Assembly: GCA_951406725.2 (NCBI GenBank)
Contig: OX597821.1
Coordinates: 74,214,001 to 74,278,000 of the forward strand
From: Octopus vulgaris
Lineage: Eukaryota
Reading direction: 5' to 3'
DNA: 64,000 bases
The position numbers were made by a program, and so were the translations under genes. Below the pieces are notes generated by a model. That model saw only the letters and a program-made list of their open reading frames with translations, was not told the DNA's origin and did no database searches. Shown here one piece after another: positions 1 to 12,624 of the stretch (its first letter is position 1; every line of letters begins with the position of its first letter).

Positions 1-195
1 TTCGGGGTCGATTAAATAAGTACCAGTTACGTACCGGGGCCGATGTAATCTCCTTAATCCGTTTGTCTGTCCTTGTTTGTCTACTCTGTGTTTAGCCCCT
101 TGTGGGTAGTAAAGAAATAGGTATTTCGTCCGGCGTTATGTTCTAAGTTCAAATTTCGCCGAGGTCAACTCTGCGTTTCATCCATTTGTGAACGA
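1..195 (+). mobile_element. tRNA-derived SINE family A, partial head-to-tail dimer
   Basis: Central GGGGTCGATTAAATAAGTACCAG motif and tail ...GTAGTAAAGAAATAGG run directly into the next unit TATTTCGTC...GTTCAAATT (B box). Same sequence recurs more than 10 times in the window. Confidence 0.85.
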
Positions 196-307
196 TGAAA
201 GAAATATCAGCTGAACACTGGGGTGGAGGAAATCCCCTTCTCTCTTCCCTCAAAATTGCTGACTTCATATAAAAATTTAAAACCCATATGTATGTACATA
301 TGCCTGA

Positions 308-527
308 ACTTGTTTCAGTCGTTAGACTGCGGTCATGCTGGGGCACTACCTTGAAAATTTTTAGTCGAATGAAACGACCCAAAACATTTTTTAAAACGTG
401 GTTCATATTTTGTCGGTCTCTTTGCCGAACCGCTACAATATGGGAGCGTTAACACACCTATGCTTGTTGTCAAGCGAGGTGGGGAGAAACAGACACAAAC
501 ACACATATACACACATTTACGACGGTC
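308..527 (-). mobile_element. 3' half of SINE family C (CORE-type head seen at 30345-30512 and 57928-58082)
   Basis: Minus strand ends GGTAGTGCCCCAGCATGACCGCAGTCTAACGACTGAAACAAG. The GACGGTCTTC at ~521 resembles the GACGAGCTTCTT junction at 30349. Confidence 0.65.
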
Positions 528-530
528 TTC

Positions 531-844
531 ATTCACGTGCAAGAGGCTGAGCACTCCACAGACACGTGTACCCTTAACGTAGTCCTCGGAGAGATTCAGC
601 GTGCCACAGAGTGTGACAAGGCTGGCCCCTTTCGATATACAGGTACATCAGAAACAGGAAGAAAGAGTGAGAGAAAGTTGTGGTGAAAGAGTACGGCAGT
701 GTTCACCCCACCCCCCTGCCGGAGCCTCGTGAAGCTTTAGGTGTTTTCGCTCAATAAACACTCACAACGCTCGGTCTAGGTATCGAAACCGCTATCCTAC
801 GACCGAGTGTCCGCTACCCTAATCACTGGGCCATTGCGCCTTCA
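531..844 (-). mobile_element. tRNA-derived SINE family B
   Basis: Minus-strand head GGCGCAATGGCCCAGTGATTAGGG...GGTTTCGATACC has A and B boxes. Homologous to 48765-49365, 52335-52712 and 63380-63575. Confidence 0.85.
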
Positions 845-1397
845 CTATCCTTATTCTCCATTGCAGCTTTCTGCTCAGAATAACTTCACTTGTATCCCAC
901 TGATATAGTTTTAGTTGCCGTAAGTTTCACAAAAGACTTGTGGCTTTAGAATCTGCTCAAACAATTTTCATTGTTATTTGTAGTGTTCTGATGTACGAAT
1001 TACTTACAAGGGGCTCATAACCTACTTGTGTTTATTGCGATGTTTACACAAGGTCAGCTGAGTCGATTCCATATATTGAATTTACAATGACACAAAAAGA
1101 ATCCGACCACTGTCAGTGATTACAAAAGTTCCTTCCAACTGCGATCGCCTCATCTTCTTTCCAATGTGCAACAGACCTCGGCTTTGTAAAACTATAAGGA
1201 TGTGGATGATACTTGTAACTGCTCGCATCACCATATAAATCTTCCCCCATTGGTTTGTTGGTCAGAAAAGACACCATAAGGCCTTGTGCTCCATATTTAC
1301 ATCGAAGTATTCTTGTCAGTGAGAGTCAAGTGGTTTAAGGTTGGACATTGTAGACGAACAGGGTTTGAACCACCGATATTGCATGCAGAAAACGAAA

Positions 1398-1577
1398 GGC
1401 GGCGAGCTGGCAGAAACGCTGGCGTTTCGTCCGTCAGGAGTTCAAATTCCAACGAGGTGGACTTTGCCGTTAATCGCTTCGGGGTCTGTAAAATAAGTAC
1501 CAGTTGAGTACTGGGGTCGATGTAATCGACTTGCTTCTCTCCCGAAATTGCTGGCCTTCTGCCAAAATTTGAAACCG
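1398..1577 (+). mobile_element. SINE family A (short-tail variant)
   Basis: GGCGGCGAGCTGGCAGAAACG head, GAGTTCAAATTCC B box, GGGGTC...AAAATAAGTACCAG centre. Confidence 0.85.
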
Positions 1578-1779
1578 ATATTACATGCGGCAATTCTACC
1601 CATTGGCCCACACCTTCTGACCACTTTGTTACAGTCGATGCCATTGCATCAACTCTTTAATAAACGGTTATACATCACATTTTTAGACTTGTTAGATATG
1701 AATTCTTATAAAAAGATTTCCCAATGACCACCTCCACCCTCTTGCGTTTTGTCCCTAAAATTGAAATTATTGTTGTTCA

Positions 1780-1960
1780 AGTCCCAGGTCAGCCCTGAAT
1801 GAACAGGTCTATGATCCAAAGTATTCCATATGTAACCATCTGTCCCTTTTTTCTCACCCACCACTCACATTGTTCCACCCTTGAAACAATCGAAAGAGAC
1901 CATTTCTTTAAAGATCGTTAGTTCCCATTTAAGGGAGATTTCCCTGCTATTTCTAGCATA
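1780..1960 (+). repeat. Ancient degenerate dispersed repeat
   Basis: CTATGATCCAAAG...TTCC...ACCATC and GAGATTT...GCTATTTCTAGC motifs recur degenerately at ~4415-4565 and ~57720-57890. Confidence 0.45.
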
Positions 1961-2490
1961 CCAGTTTAATGAAACATATATTGACAATCCGTCGTTAGCT
2001 CGTCTGACCCTACATCCTGCTGGTGAACATAATTAAAGAGCAGATTTTACATGTGAAACTTGACCCAATATATTTATCCACTCGTAAAATTTAGCAACTT
2101 TATGTCAAATCACAATTAAAAACAAAAGCTAAACAACGAAAATACAAACCAGTCTCCGCGCAACACACTTTTTTTTATTATGAAAGTCATCTAAATGTTT
2201 AAGATTCAATCTGCTTTCAACATCTGAAGACAAAAGTTGGGAAAAATCTGTTCACATTTATTTTATTCAATGCATTTTTTTAAAGAAGAGATTCTCAGAA
2301 CAACATACATTTCTCTTTCCTTATTTGTCTCTGATTTACCGTTTCTCACTGGGGCATACGCAAATTTCTAGGAATTAATGAGATAGAGAAATAGAGACAC
2401 AGATATATGTTATAGCCTTTATATACACACACACACACATATATATGTGTGTGTACATAATTATATACAAATATATATATGTGTGTGTAC

Positions 2491-2540
<50 letters not shown>

Positions 2541-2583
2541 ATATGTGTATATATACATGCGGAGATAGAGAGAAAGTGAGAGC

Positions 2584-2618
<35 letters not shown>

Positions 2619-5139
2619 TAATGAAAACTAAGCAGAAAGAGAGAGAATAAAGAAAACTCTTCGAATGTATTCCTGTTTCCTTTTTAAATATTTGACTACT
2701 TGCAAAAAAAACAAAACAAAAAACACGTTAGGATTCTTCTTCTTCTTCTTCTTCTTCTTCTTCTTCTTCTTCTTCTTCTTCTTCTTCTTCTTCTTCTTCT
2801 TCTTCTTCTTCTTGTTCATCTTCTTGTAATTCCCCACAGAGACGGATGTTACATTCTTGAAACCATGTTCAAAGTAAGCTGGCACCATATGAGGGAAAAG
2901 TTTTTTCCCACCATTGTCCTAAGAGACACATACTGATAGGTTTTGAACTACACAAGGAAAGAATCTTTAACTTTCCTGTCTATCATTTGCGTATCATTGT
3001 TCACCTGAATCAATTTGGTTTTCTTAAGATTTTAATCAATCATTCACTATCTGGTGAATACAACACGAGTCGTTTGCAACAACACTACCTTAGGCAAGGT
3101 TACATCCCGTTAGGGATAAGCTATCACCAGTTCCATCTCTGATCACTCCAGCTGATTTCACATAAGTGCAGTCAAACATATGACAAAAGGAAGTTTCTTG
3201 GAATCAAATAATGTAAACATTTGCACACAACAAGTTGTTTGTAGATTTATTAAGATTGTATAAAGTTTGAAAGATATTAACATGTCTACATCATTGATAT
3301 ATATGTTTGGCTTTCTGCTAGAATATTATAAGGATTTATGAGAATAAGTAGACTTTAAATTATGCTAATTGCATAAAGTTGGAAGCGATGAGGCAGTAGA
3401 AACGGTAGAAACGGTAGAATCGCAGAAAAATTGTCTTCAGATTATATATTTTATCGTTCGGTTGGGAAGGCATGAGTGGTACACGTAAGCGTTTCGTTTT
3501 GCTGGGTGGAAGTCATCCAATGCCGGAGATTTGGCCTGAAGGTGTCCACGGACCAAAATGTCCTGTTTCAATCCTCTCCCGCCGAAAAAAAAAAAAAAAG
3601 AAAGAAAATACTCCGAACACAGAAAACCGGAACAAGCATCGCAAGTTTTCTAATCCTCTGCTCTAACCGTTCTGCCAACCCATAACTCGACATCGGTTTT
3701 TAGCAAGTTCCTTATTTGTTTTTTTCTTTCCTTTAAATATTGTCGGGAACGACATTTATAAACCTGATGTAGTTGCTTTGAGGATACCCCTCCTCAAACA
3801 CACATACACAGACATCTACCACCACAACCACCACCACCACCACCGCCACCACCGCCACCACCACCATTTACAACTACAAAAACAAAATGGTGGGGGGGTC
3901 TTGTGCTTATATTAGAAATTCATAGAATATGCATCATGATTGCAAGGAAAGGATTTCGATAATTCTGCTGATTGCGATTGATCAAGTAGAAAGAATTGGT
4001 ATTTGAAGTTTCATTTGATTTGCTATGTGAATGTAATAAATAATTTATAAGCGAAATCAAGGGAAGAACACATGGAAGATCGAATTAGTAAGCAGGTAAG
4101 CAGGTAACCACGTCATTGGGCGGCGACGGTCCGCATACTGTCGGCAGCGCAGTGTGGTTTTTAGTGCCGGACACCTGAGTTAACAATATAAAGAGTGCAA
4201 CGTCTCTATTGGCTGCATAAATCTCCCCCCCCCTCAAACCAAAAACCTTACCGTAATTAAATTTTTTGCGGTCTTTGAGGCTTTGGGTCAGAAGTAAAAG
4301 AAGAAACGATGAGTTGGTCAAAGACTGAATGCCTTTCATTGTAAGCTTACTAATCAAGAAATGAAACTGGCCGAAACAACAACAATAACAACAACTTGCC
4401 TTAAGTTGTATTTTACCTCCAGACCATTCCTGAGTGACTAAAGAGCTATGGTCAAAGGCGTTCCGACCGTGAGCATCCCGTCTCTTTGCGTACATTACCC
4501 AAGGTATTGTATTTTTTAAAAGACAGTAGGGTGTGGTGTGAGGTTAATTTCGCATCTATTTCTCACTGGGTAAAAAAAACGCCTTTCGTATTTGGTGGCC
4601 CCCTTCATTGATTTATAGATAGGAACGCTGCCTTAACTTACCCGTGGAGGTAAGTAGAAGCACTATCAAAGCCCTTGTGACGCGTCTTTTACTTGCGGCT
4701 CTAAATCCTGCTCGTGACCCCTTCTACCCCTATGCCCCTCTTTGCTTCTTTTTCCACACTTCCCTTCCACACGCTGAAGGAGACGATCTTTCTTAGGCTA
4801 GCGTTTTATCCCATTGCTATTTCCCTCATATCTGCATAACGTATGTCAGAAAAACCGGAAGTGAGCACTGCCCCTCTGTGTGTGTGCATGTGTGTGTGTG
4901 TGTGTATTTATGTGTGCATGTCTGTGTATGGAAGCAAAAATTTTACACAACACGGAAAAAACTAGTGATAAACTGGTGCGTCGATCAAAAGTACTTTATA
5001 GCATTTGTTCTGCTCGAGTCGCACTCAAAAGCTTTATTACTCTCACTCTGAAAATTGCGATAAGCTGATCATTGATCGATTACTAATTTATAACCAATAT
5101 CGATATTCATAATAAAATGCTTTATGAAATGCTGGTTAC

Positions 5140-5313
5140 AAATTTTGGGTGAGAGAATAAAACGATTGCATCAACTCCTCTGTTCAACTGGTACTTATTT
5201 TATCGACCTCAAAAAGATTGAAAAGCGAAGTCACCTCGGCGGAATTTGAACTCAGAACGTAGCGGCAGTAAGCATTTCGCCCGGCGTGCTAACGTTTCTG
5301 CCAGCTCGCCGCC
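5140..5313 (-). mobile_element. SINE family A
   Basis: Reverse complement of the family A head and centre (CTGGTACTTATTTTATCGACC...GCCAGCTCGCCGCC). Confidence 0.85.
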
Positions 5314-6099
5314 TTGCTAAAAATCTAAATTTATAGTCAAAATGGTGTATATGCAGATTTTTCATCGTTTTCACACCTGGTGTTGTGTTTTTCACTTATC
5401 ACTATGATGATATATCCTGGGCAACTGTTTTAAACTAGCATGCATAAATTTATTCTCCCTCTCTCTCGCTCTCTGTCCCGCAACATAACGTCTGGTCAGC
5501 TGCGATCATATTTCATTGAAGGCTTGGCAAGGACATTCCACCAGTATTGTTCGTTTGGAATTGTCCGTGATTATGCCCTCCACAGAATTATCCTTTTAAC
5601 CAATTTCATTATATAACGTTCTAAACACGATATCATGCTTGATAATAATGTGATTCGAGGGCGGCTCCATATGATGTATTTGATTTCTCAGTTAATTCTA
5701 CAAAGCCTGCATCGATTCGCGCACCAAGGTCCTTTACCTGAATCCGCACACCCTTTCGAAACCTGATATTTTGTGGTATTTACTGCTCCTGTATTGCAAA
5801 AGTATTATCTGCAGAGTGAGAGCTAATATCCCGGATGTCAGTCCAGTGCCCAATATTTTGGTTGTAAACGTTGCAAAAATATGTAGTCATGCATTACTTT
5901 TTACCTGGTGTACGAGTGTATGCAGCCTCTCATCTGATGACTTGTTGCAGTAAAGTTTGTGTAATTGCTCTGTGTATCGTGGGTCATCACCCAGGAAACA
6001 CTAACTGAAAAGCGCCACTCCAACACCCATGTTGTTATCGACATGAGCTATAGCGGGCCTGACCTATAGCAGGACTTCGACTTTTGGGGGTTTGTAGAT

Positions 6100-6101
6100 G
6101 G

Positions 6102-6133
<32 letters not shown>

Positions 6134-6572
6134 TGTATGTATGTATGTATGTATTATGTATGTATGTATGTATGTATGTATGTATTTATGTATGTATTAT
6201 GTATGTATGTATGTATGTATGTATGTATGTATGTATGTATGTATGTATGTATGTTTGTATGTGTGTGTGTGTATGTATGTATGTATGTATGTATGTATGT
6301 ATGTATGTATGTATGTATGTATGTATGTATGTATATATGTATGTATGTATATATGTATATATGTATGTATGTGTGTATGTTTGTATGTATGTACGTATGT
6401 ATTTATGTTTGTATTTATTCATGTACGTATGTATTTATGTATGTATGTATGTATGTATGTATGTATGTATGTTTGTATTTATGTATGTATGTATGTATAT
6501 ATGTATGTATGTATGTATGTATGAATGTATGTATGTATGTATGTATGTATGTCTGTATGTATGTATGTATGT
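6100..6572. repeat. (TATG)n microsatellite
   Basis: Directly visible. Further large arrays at 6685-6752, 6915-7000, 7324-7430, 14115-14622, 14935-15158, 35525-35640. Confidence 0.98.
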
Positions 6573-7322
6573 CGTTATTCAGTTTATTTCAAGATTTGTT
6601 GCCAATAGAGAAAGAACCGGTTTCTAATCTAGATCCGAGGTTCCTTCATTCCAATTTCAACAACACCAACAGCAGTGTAGTTTTGTATGTATGTATGTAT
6701 GTATGTATGTATGTATGTATGTATGTATGTATGTATGTATGTATGTATGTATGTTACAACTACAGCCGGCTATTACCGGTAAAGGTATTAGTTGCCAATT
6801 CTGTACAAGACATTGTAGATCTTTAGCTGGGCTAAAAAGTCACATTCGATCACAGCATCAGTAACAGTTACGCTTCGTGCAATGGCCATACTCGATAACG
6901 AGGGAGCAGCCATAATGTATGTATGTATGTATGTATGTATGTATGTATGTATGTATGTATGTATGTATGTATGTATGTATGTATGTATGCATGTATGCAT
7001 GCATGAGCAGATTTGTATGTTTTGATTTATGTATGTATTCTCATGCATATAGTTGCATATCTAAACATGCTCATATATATTTAAATGATAAACTTCTGAA
7101 AGATTTACATATTTTTACAGTTCCAGTGATGGACCGGATCTGTAGCCTTCGAATTAGCTTTCCCCTTTCTGATTTTGTAATGCCTATTTTCTCAAAATTG
7201 GTATTTAGGCAGTGTGTTACATATCCCAGGGCCCCGTTAATTACAAGTATGAATCTGAACTTCTAATCTGGATAACTAACTCGCTGCAGATTTCTCAATA
7301 ATTCAGCGCAGGTATTCTCCTT
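6572..7322 (-). mobile_element. 5'-truncated RLE-type non-LTR retrotransposon (R4/Dong/NeSL-like) 3' end
   Basis: Minus strand 7320-7081 translates ENTCAELLRNLQRVSYPD*KFRFILVINGALGYVTHCLNTNFEKIGITKSERGKLIRRLQIRSITGTVKICK, the GALG C-terminal RLE region. 3' UTR shared with 14622-14931. Both ends abut (TATG)n. Confidence 0.75.
6753..6915 (+). mobile_element. RTE-clade LINE 3' fragment nested in (TATG)n
   Basis: 6793-6864 encodes CQFCTRHCRSLAGLKSHIRSQHQ*, a C-terminal C2H2 finger of the RTE type, followed by a short 3' UTR with a CTCG-ATAA-CGAG hairpin. Confidence 0.65.
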
Positions 7323-7529
7323 TTGTATGTATGTATGTATGTATGTATGTATGTATGTATGTATGTATGTATGTATGTATGTATGTATGTATGTATGTAT
7401 GTATGTATGTATGTATGCTTGTATGTATGTATAGAAGTATATTTGTATCGTTATTCTTCTTGTACTGTGGTCCGCATCAAACCATTTTTTGACGGTTCAG
7501 TTTGCTTTTGTTATGCAAAGAAAATTCAT

Positions 7530-7745
7530 GTGGAGAGCTTGCAGAAATGCTAACACGCCGGACTAAATACTTAGCGGCATTTCTTCCGGTTTTACTTTCT
7601 GAGCTCAAACCCTATCGAAATCAACTTTGTCCTTCATCAATTCGGAGTCAATAGACTAATTACCAAAATCAGTCCTGGGGTCAATGAAATCTACTGGGTC
7701 CTTTCCCTTAAATTTCAGGCTTTGGGTCTATCGTAGAAACAATTA
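7530..7745 (+). mobile_element. Degenerate SINE family A
   Basis: GAGAGCTTGCAGAAATGCTAACACGCCGG...CTTAGCGGCATTTC...CTGGGGTCAAT. Confidence 0.7.
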
Positions 7746-8080
7746 TGCATACAGAATGCTCACCCGACGAACAATCCCTTCCATTTCTGGAGAAGGAGTT
7801 TTATTTGTAGAAAAGTTGAGACAAAGTAAGTTTAAGAGAGGGAAGTGGTTAAATATGGAACCATCGAATCTCACGAAAGGAATGGTTAGCGGGGTTGAAA
7901 GATGAACTGAAGAAATGGCCACATAAAACACGGGTGGTTATATATAAAATGAGGGGTGGTTAGGGGCAAAATATAGATCGGCTGATTAATTTAGAAAAAG
8001 GGTGCGTGCAGGAATTTGATTTTCTGCTTGTCTGTCTCTATGTCTATGTCCGTAATTCATCTATCTATCTATCTATATCT

Positions 8081-8173
<93 letters not shown>

Positions 8174-8645
8174 AAGCTACCTACCTACCTACCAACCTAC
8201 CTACCTACATGTATGATAAATGATCGTATGTACTCAGTGTCGCGATTCCGTATTCCTACCTCCATCAACCTCTGCCACACGCAACACATCTTTCTCTTTC
8301 CACCTCCCTTCATGTGTGCCCCCCTCCACACGCCTTCTTTCCTTATGTCCATACTCAGCCACTCGGGGTCGCTCATACCTTGGCACATGCATATAAGAGG
8401 AGGCGGTTAAATGATAAGAGATGCGCGCCTAATATACATAAATTGGCAGATTGATAAATCCATGTGTGTGTGTGTGTGTATGTGTATAGATAGATAGATG
8501 GAAGGTTAGATAGATAGATAGACATATAGATAGATAGATAGATAGATAGATAGACAGATAGATGGATATAGATACATACCTACATACATAGATGCATAAA
8601 TATATATGTATATATATGTGTGAGTTTGTGTGTGTATATATATAC

Positions 8646-8704
<59 letters not shown>

Positions 8705-8803
8705 TACATATATACATACGTATATATATATATACATATACACATATATATATATACATATATACATCCATACGTACATTCACACACACTGACACACACA
8801 TAT

Positions 8804-8849
<46 letters not shown>

Positions 8850-9472
8850 ACATAGGAATAGATAGATAGGCGATTAGATAGGCTGCGAGAATAGATAGCT
8901 TGATAAAGAAATAGATTGCAAAATGCATAGACAGATAAAGTATGCAGTAGAGATAGAGAGATAGATAGATAGATAGAGAGAGAGGGAGAGAAAGAGGAAG
9001 TAAGAGAGAGGGAGAGAAAGAGGAAGTAAGAGAGAGGGGGAGTCCGGAATCAAAAGAAGATGCAAGTTTATTTGCTACATCAGTGGGTAGATAGATAAAT
9101 TGATCGTTCAAAAATCATTAAATATTTTTATTGTTGTTATTATTGCTGTCGTTATTGTTGCTGCTGTTGTATTTGTTATTGGCTTGATAAAATAAAACCC
9201 CTTATTCCTGTCCTGATATTCGTCGACTTGCTAGTATTTAATGCGTTTATATCACTAACGCACATTTAAAAATCTTTTGAAATTGATATTCTCCTGCTTT
9301 GCTTCAGCAATTTGAAGCCTGATCTAAAAAAGTTATAAATTCAACAAAGAACTCATTTAAACAGATTGTTTGGGATTTTAATTTTTTTTTAAAAACCAAT
9401 TTAATTACTATAAAAATGAAGTAGAACGATGCTTTTTCCATGTAATAAAGAGAAGGGGGTTGGTGGTTAAAA

Positions 9473-9537
9473 CGATAATAATGATGATAATAATAATAAT
9501 AATAATGATGATGATGATGATAACACTACAATTATAA

Positions 9538-9621
<84 letters not shown>

Positions 9622-9635
9622 AAAATTATAAAATG

Positions 9636-9684
<49 letters not shown>

Positions 9685-9731
9685 TAATAATAATAACACT
9701 GAAATTATAAAATAATAATAATAATAATAAC

Positions 9732-9787
<56 letters not shown>

Positions 9788-9813
9788 TAATAATAATAAC
9801 AATTATAATAATG

Positions 9814-9864
<51 letters not shown>

Positions 9865-9880
9865 GCAGCAATAATAAAAC
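9473..9880. repeat. (AAT)n compound microsatellite with higher-order ACACT-N-AATTATAAAA spacer
   Basis: Spacer recurs at ~9523, 9617 and 9696 between AAT runs. Confidence 0.9.
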
Positions 9881-10101
9881 ATAAAAATATCCCAAACTAA
9901 GTAAAACGAAAAAAAAAAAAAAAAACTAGAAATTCTTCATCGTAGTCTTTCTAGGTAACGCTATGAAGAGATGCTAAAATTTCCTCTTCCCAAACCAAAC
10001 TCTCCCTCCCCATCTCCCCACACTTTTCCTGCTCCTCTCTTTAGCGTATCCCTCTCCCTTTCCCTCTCTCTCTCTCTCTCTCTCTTTCTCTTCGCTACCT
10101 C

Positions 10102-10342
10102 GCTACCCGTACTGCTATAACGTTCGTCTGATGACCTACCCGTGCACAGGCGTGCTGATGGCTGTTTTAGCGGATGAAAATCCCCTTTAGGTCATTAACG
10201 AAAGTTCTTTGATCAGCCCCGCGCTCTACGGATCGCGGCAGCAGGCAAGCAAGACTCTCTATACAGTAATAGCTGTTTTTTCGTGAACGAAGCTTGATCG
10301 CTTCAAGTCTATGGCCCAGAACGGCATAGCAGAACGAGTGGT
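10102..10342. ncRNA. Candidate structured RNA or conserved non-coding element (unidentified)
   Basis: Ungapped closing stem 10102-10125/10319-10342 (20 of 24 positions pair), 10-bp stem 10129-10138/10188-10197 and seven small hairpins. No other copy in the window. Confidence 0.4.
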
Positions 10343-10515
10343 AAGAAGGATATCAAGTGTACGAAACAGCAACAACAACAACAACAACAACATAATCAAG
10401 GCAAAGAGAGAAGCGGGGTGGCTGGTAGTGCTGGAGAGAAAGGTGAGGAAAAACCAGAGGAAGTGAAAACAGAAAAATATAAAATAAAACATTCCCGAAA
10501 ATTACTGTGATTTTA

Positions 10516-10592
<77 letters not shown>

Positions 10593-10979
10593 TATTATGA
10601 AGTGAAAAAGAGAGGGAGAGAGTGTAAATAGTGATGTATTAAAAAATCAATGATTAGAAAGTTAAGAGTGAAACCCACTCTAAACTAAAAGTAAAAAAAA
10701 ACGACAACAAAAAAAAAGCAGAAAGATAAATGAAAAGACCTAATGGAGAAGGAGAAGCGGAAGAGAGACTGAAATAAAGAAAGAGATAGAGGGAGGGGGG
10801 AGGTTTGTGGAGAGAACGTGGTGGAAATATGGCTGGAAAAAAATAAGCAAAAACAAAAAAGGACAATATACTAAGAGTGTTAATGAAATTGAAGGGGAAA
10901 TAGTGGTGGTGGGGGAAGGATGGTTAGAATGGTATGAAGGGAGGAAGAGAGGTTGGTGGTTGTTTAGAGTTATGTCAAG

Positions 10980-11018
<39 letters not shown>

Positions 11019-11861
11019 CTGTGAATTATATAATGTAAAGAATATCGTTCAACTAGAAACGTAAAAAAAAAGATGGCGCAATAAGTTATAGAACCACTTC
11101 TCTCTGTCTGTCTGTCTGTCTCTCTTTCTGTCACTTCTTCTCATATAATTTTCTGTCTCTCTCTCTCTATTCTGTCTCTCTCTCTCTCTCAATTCTGTGT
11201 CTCTCTCTGTCTCTCTGTTATTCTCTCTATTTACCTTCATCGGTATCATCTCTACCTCGGTCTACCTCGGTTCTCAGTCTCTCCCTCTCTGACAACTTCT
11301 CTTTCTCTCGCCTTCTCTGTGTCTCTCTTTCTCCTTTTTCTCTCATTCTATGCCTCTCTCACTCTATGATCTCTCTCTCTCTCTCTCTTTCTCTCTCCCT
11401 CTCTCTCACACACACATTTGTCTATCTTTATATCTCACTCTCTCACTGACTTTGTTCTATTCTCTCTCTCTCTCTCTCTTTTTCTCTACGTCTCTCCTCC
11501 ACAATGTTTTCCTATATTTTACCATTTCTGTACTGCAAACTCTTTCACTGTATCTTTCTTTCAATATCAAAGTCTCTCCCACTCTCTCACTCTCACCCGT
11601 ACAATGTGTCCCAATGTATACAAAACATATAATATAATGCACACACGCACACACATATATACACACATGTATCATGTATGTGTATATATACATACGTGTA
11701 CATATAAGTGTATATATACATACATCTACATATAAGTGTATATATATACATACATGTACATATGTGTGTATATGCATACATGTATATATGTGCATACATA
11801 TATACATGCATACGTAATACATACATACTATACTTACTACACACACACTCATAAATATATA

Positions 11862-11905
<44 letters not shown>

Positions 11906-11925
11906 TTATCTGCGTGCGTCTCTTT

Positions 11926-11979
<54 letters not shown>

Positions 11980-12624
11980 TTGCCACTGCCACTGCTACTA
12001 CTACTTACTTCTCTACTCCCCCCATCCCCATCCCCACCGCCAAAATATTAAGCAATTGATGAGGATGAAGAGAATGGCTCTCTCAGAAATGTTTCTACTA
12101 TCAAAAGATTTAAATGATTCAACCTGTCCAACTCCTATAACCACACACACACACACATACACACACAATAACTTGCCTCTTACTCTCAAATTGAACTATA
12201 ATAAATATAATAATATATACATACACATATATAATATACATATGCCCTATATATATATATGTGTGTATATATATACATATACACACACACACATATTACC
12301 ACGATATATTGGTGAAATATGTAAAAGCTTCTACTCACTAACTTCAGTTGCTTTATGTTTTTTGTTTTTTTTTCTGCTATTTGATATGTTTTTAATGTAT
12401 TAAATAGATGAGAGCATCGGGTGTTTATGTCTTTGCTAATTGCAGCAGCTCTCTCCTCTAACTGTTTCATGTGTGTTTATGTGTTTCTCTGTATGTTTAA
12501 TAGTTAAGAGCAGTTAAGAGATATTAGGAGGAAATTCTCGCCGTTCAAGTTTTTACAAAGAATCACTTTCACTTAGCGTTGATGATTCCTCGCTTTCACT
12601 GTTCTTTCATTATTTTATTTCTCA

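Noticed and set aside
5430-6080. Complex sequence here and at 13640-14110, 16080-16900 and 20360-20722 as genes
   Set aside because: No sustained recognisable ORF; probably decayed transposable element fragments that I cannot classify with confidence.
6084-6826. Long ORFs of [16 protein letters not shown] and poly-L/I/Y/N type throughout the window
   Set aside because: They are translations of stop-free microsatellites, with no domain or splice support.
10104-10125. miR-100-like seed ACCCGTA
   Set aside because: The rest of the sequence does not match miR-100/10, and the pairing arm is about 200 nt away, unlike an animal pre-miRNA.
10122-10221. RNase MRP, hammerhead or C/D snoRNA reading of the 10.1-kb island (GTTCGTCTGATGA, GAAAATCCCC)
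   Set aside because: No downstream GGGGCT P4 partner on the same strand, CTGATGA is sequestered in a stem with no hammerhead stem I/III, and no terminal C/D pair.
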